The notes under the pieces: model-generated
The model's input: the letters and a program-made list of their open reading frames with translations, nothing else
Database searches by the model: none
What the model was told of the DNA's origin: nothing
In this document: one piece after another, positions 1 to 12,232 of the stretch
Layout: each line of letters opens with the position of its first letter
Numbering within the stretch: the first letter of the stretch is position 1
Source of the DNA: Candidatus Nanopelagicales bacterium
GTDB taxonomy: Bacteria > Actinomycetota > Actinomycetes > S36-B12
Length of the DNA stretch: 64,000 nt
NCBI GenBank assembly: GCA_017857175.1
Contig: JAFMDS010000001.1
Location: 55,088 to 119,087, forward strand
Direction of reading: 5' to 3'
Program-made: the position numbers and the translations under genes

Positions 1-2
1 TT

Positions 3-467
3 CCCCAGAGCATTCTTCATATTGCCAGAGATCCTCTCGATCCCCATTTCTCATTTAATCCCTTTGCTCAGAAGCTCCATCGAAAGAAAACGGAGATAAA
101 GAGGGCGCTCTTGGATCAATCACTCATTTCAGGCGTGGGAAATATTTATGCGGATGAAGCATTGTGGCGATCCAGAGTGCATGGCAATTTTAAGGCCGAC
201 CAACTGTCTGACGTAGTGGTTGAGCAACTTGTGCATAATGTTAAGGAAGTTATGCATGAGGCCCTTGAGCAAGGTGGCACGAGTTTCGATTCCTTGTATG
301 TCAATGTCAACGGCGAGTCCGGCTATTTTTCGCGCAATCTCAACGTTTATGGGCGTGAGTCTGAACCATGTGACCGATGTGGATTTCCCATTGAGAGGCT
401 TAAATTCATGAATCGGTCAAGCTTTTATTGCCCTTTGTGTCAATCCCTTGAGCAGGGCATTGCATGA
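3..467 (+). CDS. mutM: Formamidopyrimidine-DNA glycosylase, C-terminal part (5' truncated by window)
   Basis: Frame open from nt 3: IARDPLD...[24 protein letters not shown] (H2TH motif) and C-terminal zinc finger CDRC...[10 protein letters not shown]. Confidence 0.95.
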   Translation, partial: PQSILHIARDPLDPHFSFNPFAQKLHRKKTEIKRALLDQSLISGVGNIYADEALWRSRVHGNFKADQLSDVVVEQLVHNVKEVMHEALEQGGTSFDSLYVNVNGESGYFSRNLNVYGRESEPCDRCGFPIERLKFMNRSSFYCPLCQSLEQGIA

Positions 468-682
468 TTCATTCAGCACCAACTGCGCACTCAGTTTGAT
501 CTTGTCGCGCACTGGTCGTGGGCTCACAAGAATGTGATCAGGAACCGCTAGGCTAATGCCTGCTCGAGGAGGTATTTCAAGTAAGTCGCAACCTGGGCAG
601 CGAACGCCAAGATCACATATCAAGATCGCAAATTAGAATCGCGAATTAGGTTCAACGAGGCAGATGGGATGTATGAGTAGCC

Positions 683-3600
683 GTGCATTTGAAGACACTC
701 ACCCTTAAGGGGTTCAAGTCATTTGCTTCGGCGACCACGCTGCATTTTGAGCCAGGAGTAACTTGCGTAGTCGGCCCGAATGGCTCCGGTAAGTCAAATG
801 TTGTTGATGCACTCGTGTGGGTTATGGGTGAACAAGGCGCAAAATCTCTCCGTGGTGGAAAAATGGAGGACGTCATATTCTCTGGCACCACAGGTCGGGC
901 TCCCTTGGGCCGAGCAGAAGTTTCCCTGACAATCGATAACTCCGACGGCGCGCTCCCTATTGAATTTTCTGAAGTCACAATCTCGAGAACCCTGTTTCGC
1001 AATGGTGGTTCTGAGTACGCCATCAACGGTGAAGCATGTCGCCTGCTCGATGTCCAGGAGTTGCTCAGCGACTCGGGAATTGGGCGGGAGATGCATGTCA
1101 TCGTCGGTCAAGGCCAGTTGGACACAGTCTTACGCGCAACACCCGAGGATCGCCGCGGCATCATCGAAGAAGCCGCAGGAGTTCTTAAGCATCGCAAACG
1201 CAAAGAGAAAGCATTGCGCAAGCTTGATTCCATGGAGGGCAATCTAACCCGACTCAATGACCTCACCGCAGAACTGCGCCGCCAGCTCAAGCCGTTGGGA
1301 AGGCAAGCCGAAGTAGCGCGGCGAGCGACTGTGATCCAAAGCGATGTTCGTGACTCACGCTTGCGTTTGATGGCCGATGACCTGGGCCAATTGCGTTTAG
1401 CTCTCGCCGCTGAGGTGGCTGATGAAAGCGCCCTTCGGGAACGGCAAGCCGAGGTAGAGGGCAAGATCGCGGGTCTTCGGGAGCGAGAAGCCACGGCAGA
1501 ATTCGCTGAAGTTGAGCTAGCTCCTGAGCTTGTTCGGACCCAAGAAACCTGGTTTGCGTTGAGTGGATTGCGAGAGCGCTACTTAGGGCTAGTGCAATTA
1601 GGTTCGGAGAAGGTTAGAAATCTTGCGCCCGAGCCCGAAGAGGAACAACTTGGACGAGATCCGGAGACAATCGATGCGGAAGCCCGCTCCCTTCGATCGA
1701 CTGAATTCGAACTTGGTCGGGAAGTCGAATCTCTCAGTGAATCGCTGAGTCATGCGGGAACCTCTCGTGAAGCATCTGAAACAGCTCTGCAGACCGAGGT
1801 CAACCGAATTCTGAGGATTGAACAGGAATTAACGGAGCGAGGAAATTCGATTACTCGTCTCAAGGCTCAATGTGAAAACGTTCAATCCAGAATTGACACT
1901 CGTGGCGCTGAAATCGAGCGCCTGACTCAGCAAATCAATGATGCCCGCGAGCGTAGCCGTAAAGCACAGGCGGATTTCCAAGCTATTGAGGCTCAGGTCG
2001 TTTCGCTCGGAGACGGTGAACAGGGCCTTGACGTTGAACATGATCGCGCCCTCAAATCTCTGGCTACCGCTGATTCGAGGGTGCGTGAACTCGTAGCAGA
2101 ACAGGCCACTTTGGAACGCGAGAAAGCGTCGTTGACTGCAAGAGTTGACGCATTGGCCATGGGCCTAGAGCGAAAAGATGGATCCGCTGCTTTGGCTGAT
2201 GCTCCCGGTGTGATGGGGACCATAACTTCCCACCTGCACATTGAACACGGATGTGAAGTTGCAGTCGGAACTGCACTAGGTGAACTTGCTGGCGCAGTCG
2301 TGGTGGCAGATATTGATGCGGCGATGAATTCATTGATCTTCCTGAAAACCGAAGATGCAGGTCGCTCCAGCATTGTGGTAGCAACAGGGAATTCGCAATC
2401 AACGCAGAACCTCGAACCTGCTCCGGTTGGACGGTGGTTGACGGAATGCGTTCGGGCCGATGAACTGATCGGGAATGCTATTCACTCGTTACTTCGCGAC
2501 ACAATTCTGGTTGACAATGTTGGTGAGTTGCGCGCTGCTGTCGAACTAGCACCGACAATGACCGTTGTGACCCGCGATGGAGACATCCTGCGTTCGGGTG
2601 TGGCGACGGGTGGATCTCCTGCCGGACCCGGTCTGATCGAAGTTCAGGTCGCTTTCGATGAAGCGCAAGATGCGCTTGTCCGTATTGAGAGTGCACTGCA
2701 ACGTAACGCTTTTGAAGTGTCTACTGCCAAATCAACGCAGGAGAGGGCTGCTCAAGAGGTTGAAACTGCGCTGAGCCGCCTCCATGAGTCCGATGCACAA
2801 TTGGCAGCTGTGGCCGAGAAGTTGGGTCAGTTGGGTCAACAGTCGCGAAGTGCTGCGGCTGAGGCAGACCGATTGGATGCTGCTCGGCTCTCCGCTCAAG
2901 AAGCTCTGGCTCGCGATACCCAATCACTTGTTGATTACGTGGAACAGTTGACCAGTGCTGAGAATGAATCTGCCCCTGACATTGGTCAGGATAATCGTGA
3001 GGAACTAACTGAGAATCTGGCGCGAGCGCGTGCCGCCGAGGTCGAAGCGCGCTTAGCGGTTCGCACGGCCGAGGAACGAGTCAGGGCCGTGGGGGAGCGG
3101 GCTGCAGGACTCGAGCGCGATGCCGAAAATGAACGAGTTGCTAGAGCGGCAGCAATCGAACGACGGGAACGCAGAGCCCAAGCTCTTGTGGTTGCACAAG
3201 CCGTGTTGGCTGGCGCCCGCATTGCCCTCGCATACACCGAAGTATCGGTGAATCATGCCCAAAGAATGCGCACGCGAGCTGAGTCACTGAAGAAAGAACG
3301 CGACTCAGAGTTGGCCTTTGTGCGTACTGAGGTTCGTGGGCTCGTTGAAATCCTCGAAGGCTTGAAAGACAGTGTTCACCGCGACGAGGTGGCTCGGACA
3401 GAGCAGCGCATGCGCATTGAAACTCTTGAGATTAAAGCCTTTGAAGATTTTGGAATTGAACCTGAAGTTTTGGTGACCGAGTACGGACCCGACCAACTCG
3501 TGCCACCGAGTTTGATAGCACCAGGCGATGAAATCGATCCTGATGCTCCAGAACCTGAGCCTTACCCATTTGTGCGCGATGAGCAGGAAAAGCGACTCAA

Positions 3601-4240
3601 GTCCGCTGAAAAGCAGCTAGCGCTCTTGGGCAAAGTGAACCCACTGGCGCTTGAAGAGTATTCAGCGATGGAAGAGCGGCAGCGTTTCTTGACTGAGCAG
3701 CTAGATGACCTTCGACGTACCAGAGATGATCTCCTTGACATCGTCAAGGAAGTTGATTCTAGGGTGGAACAGGTATTCACAGAGGCTTATGCCGAAATCC
3801 AAAAGGAATTTGAGGGAGTCTTCTCTCGACTATTCCCTGGTGGGGAGGGACGACTAGTCCTGACAGATCCGGACAACATGTTGACCACTGGCGTTGACGT
3901 TGAGGCGCGGCCTCCGGGCAAAAAAGTAAAACGCCTTTCGCTGCTCTCGGGCGGGGAACGCTCACTGACGGCAGTTGCATTCCTCGTTGCTCTGTTTAAG
4001 GCGAGGCCTTCGCCGTTCTACGTCCTCGACGAAGTTGAAGCAGCCTTGGACGATGTCAACCTTGGCAGGCTCATTGACATCATTGAAGAGTTGCGCTCCA
4101 CTTCGCAATTGATCGTGATTACTCACCAAAAGCGCACCATGGAGATCGCTGATGCTCTCTACGGTGTTTCTATGCGCGGTGATGGAGTCACACAGGTAAT
4201 CGGTCAGCGATTGCGTGAATCAGAGGCCGTTGGGGTTTAG
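683..4240 (+). CDS. smc: Chromosome segregation protein SMC
   Basis: 1185 aa; GFKSFA, Walker A GPNGSGKSN, long coiled coils with hinge, LSGGE signature, LDEVEAALD Walker B/D-loop. Confidence 0.98.
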   Translation: MHLKTLTLKGFKSFASATTLHFEPGVTCVVGPNGSGKSNVVDALVWVMGEQGAKSLRGGKMEDVIFSGTTGRAPLGRAEVSLTIDNSDGALPIEFSEVTISRTLFRNGGSEYAINGEACRLLDVQELLSDSGIGREMHVIVGQGQLDTVLRATPEDRRGIIEEAAGVLKHRKRKEKALRKLDSMEGNLTRLNDLTAELRRQLKPLGRQAEVARRATVIQSDVRDSRLRLMADDLGQLRLALAAEVADESALRERQAEVEGKIAGLREREATAEFAEVELAPELVRTQETWFALSGLRERYLGLVQLGSEKVRNLAPEPEEEQLGRDPETIDAEARSLRSTEFELGREVESLSESLSHAGTSREASETALQTEVNRILRIEQELTERGNSITRLKAQCENVQSRIDTRGAEIERLTQQINDARERSRKAQADFQAIEAQVVSLGDGEQGLDVEHDRALKSLATADSRVRELVAEQATLEREKASLTARVDALAMGLERKDGSAALADAPGVMGTITSHLHIEHGCEVAVGTALGELAGAVVVADIDAAMNSLIFLKTEDAGRSSIVVATGNSQSTQNLEPAPVGRWLTECVRADELIGNAIHSLLRDTILVDNVGELRAAVELAPTMTVVTRDGDILRSGVATGGSPAGPGLIEVQVAFDEAQDALVRIESALQRNAFEVSTAKSTQERAAQEVETALSRLHESDAQLAAVAEKLGQLGQQSRSAAAEADRLDAARLSAQEALARDTQSLVDYVEQLTSAENESAPDIGQDNREELTENLARARAAEVEARLAVRTAEERVRAVGERAAGLERDAENERVARAAAIERRERRAQALVVAQAVLAGARIALAYTEVSVNHAQRMRTRAESLKKERDSELAFVRTEVRGLVEILEGLKDSVHRDEVARTEQRMRIETLEIKAFEDFGIEPEVLVTEYGPDQLVPPSLIAPGDEIDPDAPEPEPYPFVRDEQEKRLKSAEKQLALLGKVNPLALEEYSAMEERQRFLTEQLDDLRRTRDDLLDIVKEVDSRVEQVFTEAYAEIQKEFEGVFSRLFPGGEGRLVLTDPDNMLTTGVDVEARPPGKKVKRLSLLSGGERSLTAVAFLVALFKARPSPFYVLDEVEAALDDVNLGRLIDIIEELRSTSQLIVITHQKRTMEIADALYGVSMRGDGVTQVIGQRLRESEAVGV

Positions 4241-4399
4241 GGCAGCAGCAGGATTTTCCAAGCCGAGATAGTTCATAGCCCCGACACAGGTCGAAAGATC
4301 GGAATATTGGAAATCTGGGCGAGGGCAATTGCGTCCATTTGGCTGCAGGTGGCCAGTCTCTGAAAATGATCTCTACCCCCAGTGGCAGGATTCGATGCC

Positions 4400-5629
4400 A
4401 TGGACACATTAACCATTGGCATTTTGGTTGCCGCTCTTATTCTTATCGGCCTGCTCGTGGTTGGACTCCTTGTATTCAACAGGTCTCGTCATAATTCGAC
4501 GAATCTGATCACACCTGCCCCAAGAACTGGGCTGGATTACATCCCAGGAGTGGGTGACGATGCCACTGAGCCCAGAGATACCCCGCGAAAGGCCGTTGAA
4601 TCGATCACCGTTGATTTAGGTGGAACTCCGATCCAAGCATCCGATGCCCTATCAGGTGATCTCGCTGATCTCGGTGCATCCGACCAAGCTATATGGGAAA
4701 TTGAAGTCCCCGAATCCAGCGTTGGCCGCTTGGGAAGACTGCGCGCACGATTAGCCCGTTCTAATAATGTGTTTGGCAAGGGGCTACTTTCTATTCTGTC
4801 CGGAGGATCTCTCGACGATCAGGCCTGGGATGACGTGGAGGCAACGCTGCTCAGCGCGGACTTGGGTGTTGCTGCATCAAGTGAGCTCATCGGGAATCTG
4901 AAAATGCGCATTGCAGCGAGTAATGATTCGAGCCCCGAAGCAATGAAAGCCGCGCTGACGCAGGAGTTGACGGCGCTGATTGATCCTTCAATGGATCGGT
5001 CCCTGGCCCATAACAAGGGGGATCGACCTGTCGTCATCATGGTCGTTGGGGTCAACGGTACGGGGAAAACCACGACGGTGGGAAAACTTTCCCGAGTCTT
5101 GGTCTCCGAAAATAAAACGGTCGTTATGGCAGCTGCGGACACTTTCCGCGCGGCAGCAGCCGACCAACTGCAAACCTGGGGTGACAAGGTTGGTGCGGCT
5201 GTTGTTCGCGGGCCAGCAGGTGGTGACCCGGCATCCGTGGCTTTTGAAGCCGTTCAGATCGGTCAAGACAGTGACGTAGACGTGGTGGTGGTGGATACAG
5301 CCGGACGCCTTCACACCAAGACGGGTCTCATGGATGAACTTGGCAAGGTTAAGCGTGTAATTGAAAAACAAAGCCCGGTCGATGAAGTTCTCCTCGTGCT
5401 GGATGCAACCACCGGACAAAATGGTCTTACCCAGGCCAAAGTGTTCAGCGAAGTTGTCGATGTCACTGGCATCGTGCTAACAAAATTGGACGGTACTGCG
5501 AAGGGCGGAATTGTTATCGCAGTTCAACGTGAACTGGGTGTGCCTGTGAAGCTCGTTGGTCTCGGCGAGGGCCCTGATGATTTGGCACCATTTGAGGTCA
5601 ATGAATTTGTCGCAGCGCTTCTGGCTTAA
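4400..5629 (+). CDS. ftsY: SRP receptor FtsY with N-terminal transmembrane helix
   Basis: GVNGTGKTTT, DTFRAAA, DTAGR, TKLDGTAKGG; ATG 4400 preferred over GTG 4382. Confidence 0.96.
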   Translation: MDTLTIGILVAALILIGLLVVGLLVFNRSRHNSTNLITPAPRTGLDYIPGVGDDATEPRDTPRKAVESITVDLGGTPIQASDALSGDLADLGASDQAIWEIEVPESSVGRLGRLRARLARSNNVFGKGLLSILSGGSLDDQAWDDVEATLLSADLGVAASSELIGNLKMRIAASNDSSPEAMKAALTQELTALIDPSMDRSLAHNKGDRPVVIMVVGVNGTGKTTTVGKLSRVLVSENKTVVMAAADTFRAAAADQLQTWGDKVGAAVVRGPAGGDPASVAFEAVQIGQDSDVDVVVVDTAGRLHTKTGLMDELGKVKRVIEKQSPVDEVLLVLDATTGQNGLTQAKVFSEVVDVTGIVLTKLDGTAKGGIVIAVQRELGVPVKLVGLGEGPDDLAPFEVNEFVAALLA

Positions 5630-5640
5630 TCCAACGGGCA

Positions 5641-5729
5641 TCAGAGTTCACATGTCAGAGTTAACATGAATGACACAGAACGGGCATTTTCTTCACATTC
5701 CTGAAACTCAGAGTGACCGTACTTGAAAC
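5641..5729 (+). promoter_or_regulatory. Putative GlnR-binding boxes upstream of amtB
   Basis: TTAAC-n6-GACAC (5661-5676), TTCAC-n6-GAAAC (5692-5707) and a second GAAAC 22 bp later (5725-5729) resemble the actinobacterial gTnAc-n6-GaAAc consensus. Confidence 0.65.
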
Positions 5730-5801
5730 GCTCATACGCGATTCTTGCGCCACGACCTCCTCCCGCCGTGGGATGAGGAGTGGATGGCAAGGAGGAAGCG
5801 C

Positions 5802-7438
<1,637 letters not shown>

Positions 7439-7447
7439 GGGTGAACC

Positions 7448-9769
7448 ATTAGTAAGCAACTAGATGAGCTACGGCTCGATGCGTCTCGGCGCTCAGACCT
7501 CACATGGTCTGAGCGCCGTAGGCGTTTTGCCATATCGATTGATGAGTGGCTCGTTGAACTATTTGAGTCGGCGATAGCGGGGGCTCTGGCTGATTCGAGT
7601 GAATTTTGTTTAGTGGCTGTAGGGAGCTACGCACGTGGGGAGTTGAGTTTCCACAGTGACTTGGACCTCGTGCTCGTGCATTCCGGCTCAGAAACGGTGG
7701 CCAAGGACGTGGCCCAATTGCTGTGGTACCCATTGTGGGATTCAGGCATAGGCCTTGACCACAGTGTGCGAACGATTAAACAAGCGCAGGAGGTGGCAAA
7801 GGCCGATGCAAAGGCCTTAACCGGCTTATTAGATGCCCGCTCGATTGCGGGCAACGATGAACTGTGCGCCGAACTTCGAGCAGCAGTTCACTCTGAGTGG
7901 AGAGCATCGGCAAAGAAGCTGGTTCCAGAGTTGCGCAACCTGGTTACTGAAAGGCGAAACAATTTGGGGGAGATCTATCAACTGATTGAGCCCGATGTGA
8001 AAGAAGCTTATGGAGGCTTGCGCGAGGCGGGTATCATCAAAGCCCTCAGGGCAACGCAATTGGTGGATGTCCCTCATGGTGCGTGGGAAAGCGATTTGGC
8101 TTTCCTTCTCGATGTCCGTTGCGCACTGCACACACTCGGTACAAAGGACAAACTGCGACTCCAAGACCAGCAGGCCGTTGCAGAGCTCATGGGTATTCCA
8201 ACAGCACAGGATCTATTGCGAGAGGTGTATCTGGCGGGAAGGTCTTTGGCCTATGTCAGCGACGTTGCGTGGAATCGAGCGACGCAAGTATTTTTGTCCA
8301 AGCCTCAGGAGTCGTTGGTTGGACGTTTAAGGAGTCGCGGTCAGCGCGGATCGGATCGCACACCTTTGGCTCAAGGTGTTGTTGCTGCTGGTGACGAAGT
8401 CGCACTCGCTCGCGATACCAGTCTGAAGGATGATCCGGGGCTAATTTTCAGAGTGGCCGCAGCAGCAGCTGAGAATGGATACTCCATTTCACCTGCTCTC
8501 TTGGAGTTATATGCAAAGAGTGAAATAGATATTCCAGTCCCCTGGACACGGGAGATCAGAGAGTCCTTTGTGGCCCTTTTAGGTTCAGAACTCTCCATGC
8601 TGCAGACCTGGGAAGCATTAGAAAACTACAACATTATTTCTCGATGGATCCCAAAGTGGGAATTCGTACGATCGCTACCGCAATTCAATCCCTTGCACGA
8701 ATTTACGGTTGACCGACACCTCGTGGAATGTTGCATGCGTGGCCAAGACTTGGTTCGAAGCGTTGACCGTCCTGACTTGCTACTCATGGCCTGCTTGTTC
8801 CATGACATTGGCAAAGGTCGCGGTGGTGATCACAGTCTGATTGGTGCTGAGCTCACCCGAGAAATCGCTCCAAATCTGGGATTTGACGCCGATGACACTT
8901 CAACACTCGCCACATTGGTGGAGCATCACTTGCTATTGGCGGATATTGCCACCAAGCGTGATCTGGATGATTCCGTTGTCATTGAACAGTTGTGCCAAGC
9001 GGTGGGTTCGCTCAGGAATCTGGAGCTACTGCACGCATTGACCATTGCGGACTCCCGAGCCACTGGAGCATCATTGCGTTCAAAGTGGCGCGAAAATTTG
9101 ATGGGTGATGCACTGCGTCGGGGCCGGGCCTACTTTGGAAAGGTCCCCAAAGTCATCGACCCGTTGGATAGTTCGTGGATGACGTCTGGTTTGTCACCGG
9201 AAGAGATTCATCTATCAATAAATTCAGAAAGTGATGGCTTTGCCATTCACTTCACCGCACCCGATCAAAAGGGACTTCTTGCGAGTTTCGCTGGTGTCCT
9301 AGCCCTTAATCGACTGCAGGTCAGGGCAGCGCGTGTTGAAAATATCGGTCCGAGGGCCGTGCAAACTTGGTATGTCCGGCCGCTTTTTGGTGAGCCTCCC
9401 ACTCAGGCGAAGCTCATGACTGACGTGCAGCGAGTGCTCAATGGCACATTCGATGTTTCCGAGCAGTTGGCGAGGAGTCAAAGATCGGACACGCGGCGTG
9501 GCCCGCGGATCGCCCCAGAGGTTGAGATCTATGAGGTCTCGGAAACTCAAACTGTTTTAGAGGTTCGAGCCCACGATCGCAAGGGCCTGCTCTTCGATAT
9601 CACGGCGGTGATAGCGGATCGTGGTCTCATGATTACGGGCTCAAAAATCTCGACACTTGGTGTCGATGCAGTGGACGTATTTTTCCTCCGAGACGGTTCG
9701 GGTAGAGCGCCATCTGAGGAGGCACAGCGTGAGTTAGTTCATGAGTTGCGCCTGCGACTCACTGCCTAG
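7448..9769 (+). CDS. glnD: PII nucleotidyltransferase GlnD (NT, HD and ACT domains); start uncertain (ATT 7448 vs GTG 7613)
   Basis: AVGSYARGELSFHSDLD, HEFTVDRH...FHDIGKG, ACT motifs APDQKGLL and AHDRKGLL; frame open from 7445. Confidence 0.92.
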   Translation: MSKQLDELRLDASRRSDLTWSERRRRFAISIDEWLVELFESAIAGALADSSEFCLVAVGSYARGELSFHSDLDLVLVHSGSETVAKDVAQLLWYPLWDSGIGLDHSVRTIKQAQEVAKADAKALTGLLDARSIAGNDELCAELRAAVHSEWRASAKKLVPELRNLVTERRNNLGEIYQLIEPDVKEAYGGLREAGIIKALRATQLVDVPHGAWESDLAFLLDVRCALHTLGTKDKLRLQDQQAVAELMGIPTAQDLLREVYLAGRSLAYVSDVAWNRATQVFLSKPQESLVGRLRSRGQRGSDRTPLAQGVVAAGDEVALARDTSLKDDPGLIFRVAAAAAENGYSISPALLELYAKSEIDIPVPWTREIRESFVALLGSELSMLQTWEALENYNIISRWIPKWEFVRSLPQFNPLHEFTVDRHLVECCMRGQDLVRSVDRPDLLLMACLFHDIGKGRGGDHSLIGAELTREIAPNLGFDADDTSTLATLVEHHLLLADIATKRDLDDSVVIEQLCQAVGSLRNLELLHALTIADSRATGASLRSKWRENLMGDALRRGRAYFGKVPKVIDPLDSSWMTSGLSPEEIHLSINSESDGFAIHFTAPDQKGLLASFAGVLALNRLQVRAARVENIGPRAVQTWYVRPLFGEPPTQAKLMTDVQRVLNGTFDVSEQLARSQRSDTRRGPRIAPEVEIYEVSETQTVLEVRAHDRKGLLFDITAVIADRGLMITGSKISTLGVDAVDVFFLRDGSGRAPSEEAQRELVHELRLRLTA

Positions 9770-9889
9770 GCCCACAGAGAAGTGAACCGAGCGCAGGGTT
9801 TGAGGCGTACATACCCATTATTGGTAGAGTCGTGCGAAATGCGATCATCGATCGCGTCATGATTGTGGCTTTGTTCAAGGAGAATAAAC

Positions 9890-11425
9890 GTGTTCGCTTC
9901 ATTGTCTGATCGCTTGGCAACCACCTTCAAGGGCTTGCGTGGCAAAGGGCGTCTGAGCGAATCCGACATCGATGCCACAGTTGCCGAAATTCGCACTGCG
10001 CTCCTCGAAGCTGACGTTGCGCTGCCCGTGGTGCGCACCTTTTGTGCGGATGTAAAAAAGCGAGCACTTTCAGCAGAGGTTTCAGGTGCGCTCAATCCAG
10101 CTCAGCAGATTGTCAAAATTGTTCACGAGGAACTGATCGCAATCTTGGGTGGGACAACGCGACCCCTAGTCTTTGCCAAATCTGGCCCAACGGTCATATT
10201 GTTAACGGGGCTTCAGGGTGCGGGAAAGACAACCCTCGCGGGCAAGTTGGCCAAGTACCTTGTTTCCCAGGGACACACGCCTGTTCTTGTAGCGGCAGAT
10301 CTTCAGCGCCCAAATGCTGTCGATCAACTCAAGGTTGTTGGTGAACAAGCAGGTGTTCCAACGTTTGCTCCAGAACCCGGTAATGGAGTTGGAGATCCTG
10401 TCGAAGTAGCTCGTGCAGGAAAGCAATTTGCCGTGGACAAGTTGCATGATGTTGTCATAGTTGACTCGGCAGGTCGTCTTGCGATTGATCAGGAACTCAT
10501 GGGGCAACTTTCGCGAGTGAGAGATGCAGTTGCGCCTGACAATGTTTTGTTCGTGGTTGATGCCATGATCGGACAAGATGCAGTCATCACTGCATCCGAG
10601 TTTGAAAAACAGGTGGGCTTTGACGGTGTTGTCCTAACCAAGCTTGACGGCGATGCTCGAGGCGGTGCCGCTCTATCCATTGTTTCGGTTGTGGAACGGC
10701 CCATCATGTTCGGTTCGACAGGTGAGAAGCTCGACGACTTCGAGGTATTCCATCCCGACCGCATGGCATCGCGCATCCTTGATATGGGTGACCTCATGTC
10801 TCTCATTGAGCAAGCCGAACGGGCATTCGACGCCGAGCAGACCGATCGATTCACCAAGAAGATGTCCCAAGGCGAGGACTTCACCCTGGATGATTTTCTT
10901 GAGCAGATGCAGGCTGTCAAGAAAATGGGTTCCATTGGCAAATTAATGGGAATGTTGCCAGGCATGGGGGACATGAAAGCGCAACTTGATCAAGTCGATG
11001 AACGTGAGCTCGATCGAGTCGCCGCAATAATTCAATCGATGACTCCGGCTGAGAGAGCAGAACCGAAAATTTTGAATGGCTCGCGACGGGCGAGGATCGC
11101 TGCGGGCTCGGGAACCAAGGTCAACGACGTCAACAATCTTGTCGAGCGATTTACCCAGGCTCAAAAAATGATGAGACAGATGGGTAAAGGTGGCATGCCG
11201 GGCATGGGTGGCATGCCGGGCATGCCAGGAATGGGCGGCATGGGCGGTGGAAAAAAGTCCAAGGGCAAGCAGCAGAAGTCGGTCAAACCGGCCAAGGGGC
11301 AAAAGGGGCGCAGCGGAAATCCGGCAAAGCGCGCGCTGGGTCAGGCTGGTGGTAGCACGGGAGAGCCAGGACAAGAGCCAGACCTTGGCAGTTTGCCACC
11401 TGAACTGCGCAAATTACTTCAGTAG
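9890..11425 (+). CDS. ffh: Signal recognition particle protein
   Basis: ALLEADV, GLQGAGKTT, DSAGR, TKLDGDARGG, Met-rich M domain; AGGAG SD before GTG 9890. Confidence 0.98.
   Translation: MFASLSDRLATTFKGLRGKGRLSESDIDATVAEIRTALLEADVALPVVRTFCADVKKRALSAEVSGALNPAQQIVKIVHEELIAILGGTTRPLVFAKSGPTVILLTGLQGAGKTTLAGKLAKYLVSQGHTPVLVAADLQRPNAVDQLKVVGEQAGVPTFAPEPGNGVGDPVEVARAGKQFAVDKLHDVVIVDSAGRLAIDQELMGQLSRVRDAVAPDNVLFVVDAMIGQDAVITASEFEKQVGFDGVVLTKLDGDARGGAALSIVSVVERPIMFGSTGEKLDDFEVFHPDRMASRILDMGDLMSLIEQAERAFDAEQTDRFTKKMSQGEDFTLDDFLEQMQAVKKMGSIGKLMGMLPGMGDMKAQLDQVDERELDRVAAIIQSMTPAERAEPKILNGSRRARIAAGSGTKVNDVNNLVERFTQAQKMMRQMGKGGMPGMGGMPGMPGMGGMGGGKKSKGKQQKSVKPAKGQKGRSGNPAKRALGQAGGSTGEPGQEPDLGSLPPELRKLLQ
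11192..11250 (+). repeat. 9-bp coding microrepeat (GMP/GMG) in the Ffh C-terminal tail
   Basis: ggcatgccg/ggcatgggt units encoding GMPGMGGMPGMPGMGGMGG. Confidence 0.8.
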
Positions 11426-11608
11426 GACATCTTGCCTTGCGGTCACCCCACGCACGGGTGAAATTCGAGTCGGGTAGCATTACGACGCTCTTGTGAGCAA
11501 CGAGGACCCTCTCAACCTGGTAGCCCACAACCCGCAAGAAATTTCAACAGGCGTGCCCCCACGTGTTTGTTGCATTTTCACCCATAAACACAAGGAGATA
11601 AGCCCACC

Positions 11609-12232
11609 GTGGCCGTAAAAATCAAGCTCAAGCGCGTTGGAAAGATCCACGCCCCGCAGTACCGCATTGTTGTTGCTGACTCGCGCACCGCCCGTAACGG
11701 TCGTGCTATCGAGGAAATTGGCATCTACCAGCCAGTTCAGAATCCAAGTCTTATTCAGGTCAAGTCCGATCGCGCTCAGTACTGGCTCGGCGTAGGCGCT
11801 CAGCCCACTGAAGCAGTTATGGCGATTCTCAAGGTGACAGGCGATTGGCAGAAATTTAAGGGCCTCCCTGGTGCTGAAGGAACCCTTCAGGTTGCCGAGC
11901 CCAAGCCCAACAAGGTCCTGGCTTACGAAGCTGCGGTCACCGAGGCAGCCAATGAGCCTAAGAAGCCCAAGGTAAAGAAGCTTGCTGTTGATACCGAAGC
12001 TGCCGCCGCCGATGTTGCTAAGGCTGCCGAGGCAGTTGTGGACAAGACTGCAGACGTCGTTGAAGACGTTGTGGACAAGGTCGCTGACGTTGTTGAAGAC
12101 GTCGTTGACAAGGTGGAAGAAGCTGTTGAAGCCGTGGCTCATGCAGTGGCAGATGCTGCCGAAGCTGTCGAACACAAGGTGGAAGAAGTCTTGCACAAGG
12201 GCGACTCTGAGGAATCGGAAGCGACTTCCTAA
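11609..12232 (+). CDS. rpsP: 30S ribosomal protein S16 with long acidic C-terminal extension
   Basis: [25 protein letters not shown]...[18 protein letters not shown]; 207 aa. Confidence 0.97.
   Translation: MAVKIKLKRVGKIHAPQYRIVVADSRTARNGRAIEEIGIYQPVQNPSLIQVKSDRAQYWLGVGAQPTEAVMAILKVTGDWQKFKGLPGAEGTLQVAEPKPNKVLAYEAAVTEAANEPKKPKVKKLAVDTEAAAADVAKAAEAVVDKTADVVEDVVDKVADVVEDVVDKVEEAVEAVAHAVADAAEAVEHKVEEVLHKGDSEESEATS
12035..12133 (+). repeat. 33-bp tandem coding repeat (3 recognisable copies) within rpsP
   Basis: gttgtggacaagactgcagacgtcgttgaagac / gttgtggacaaggtcgctgacgttgttgaagac / gtcgttgacaaggtggaagaagctgttgaagcc. Confidence 0.9.

Noticed and set aside
468..682. Possible small gene or remnant between mutM and smc (ATG at 464; 417-623 minus ORF)
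   Set aside because: The ATG frame closes after 11 codons; the minus ORF overlaps mutM and resembles nothing I recognise
12035..12133. 33-bp repeats as a possible CRISPR array
   Set aside because: No spacers, in-frame coding repeats, no cas genes
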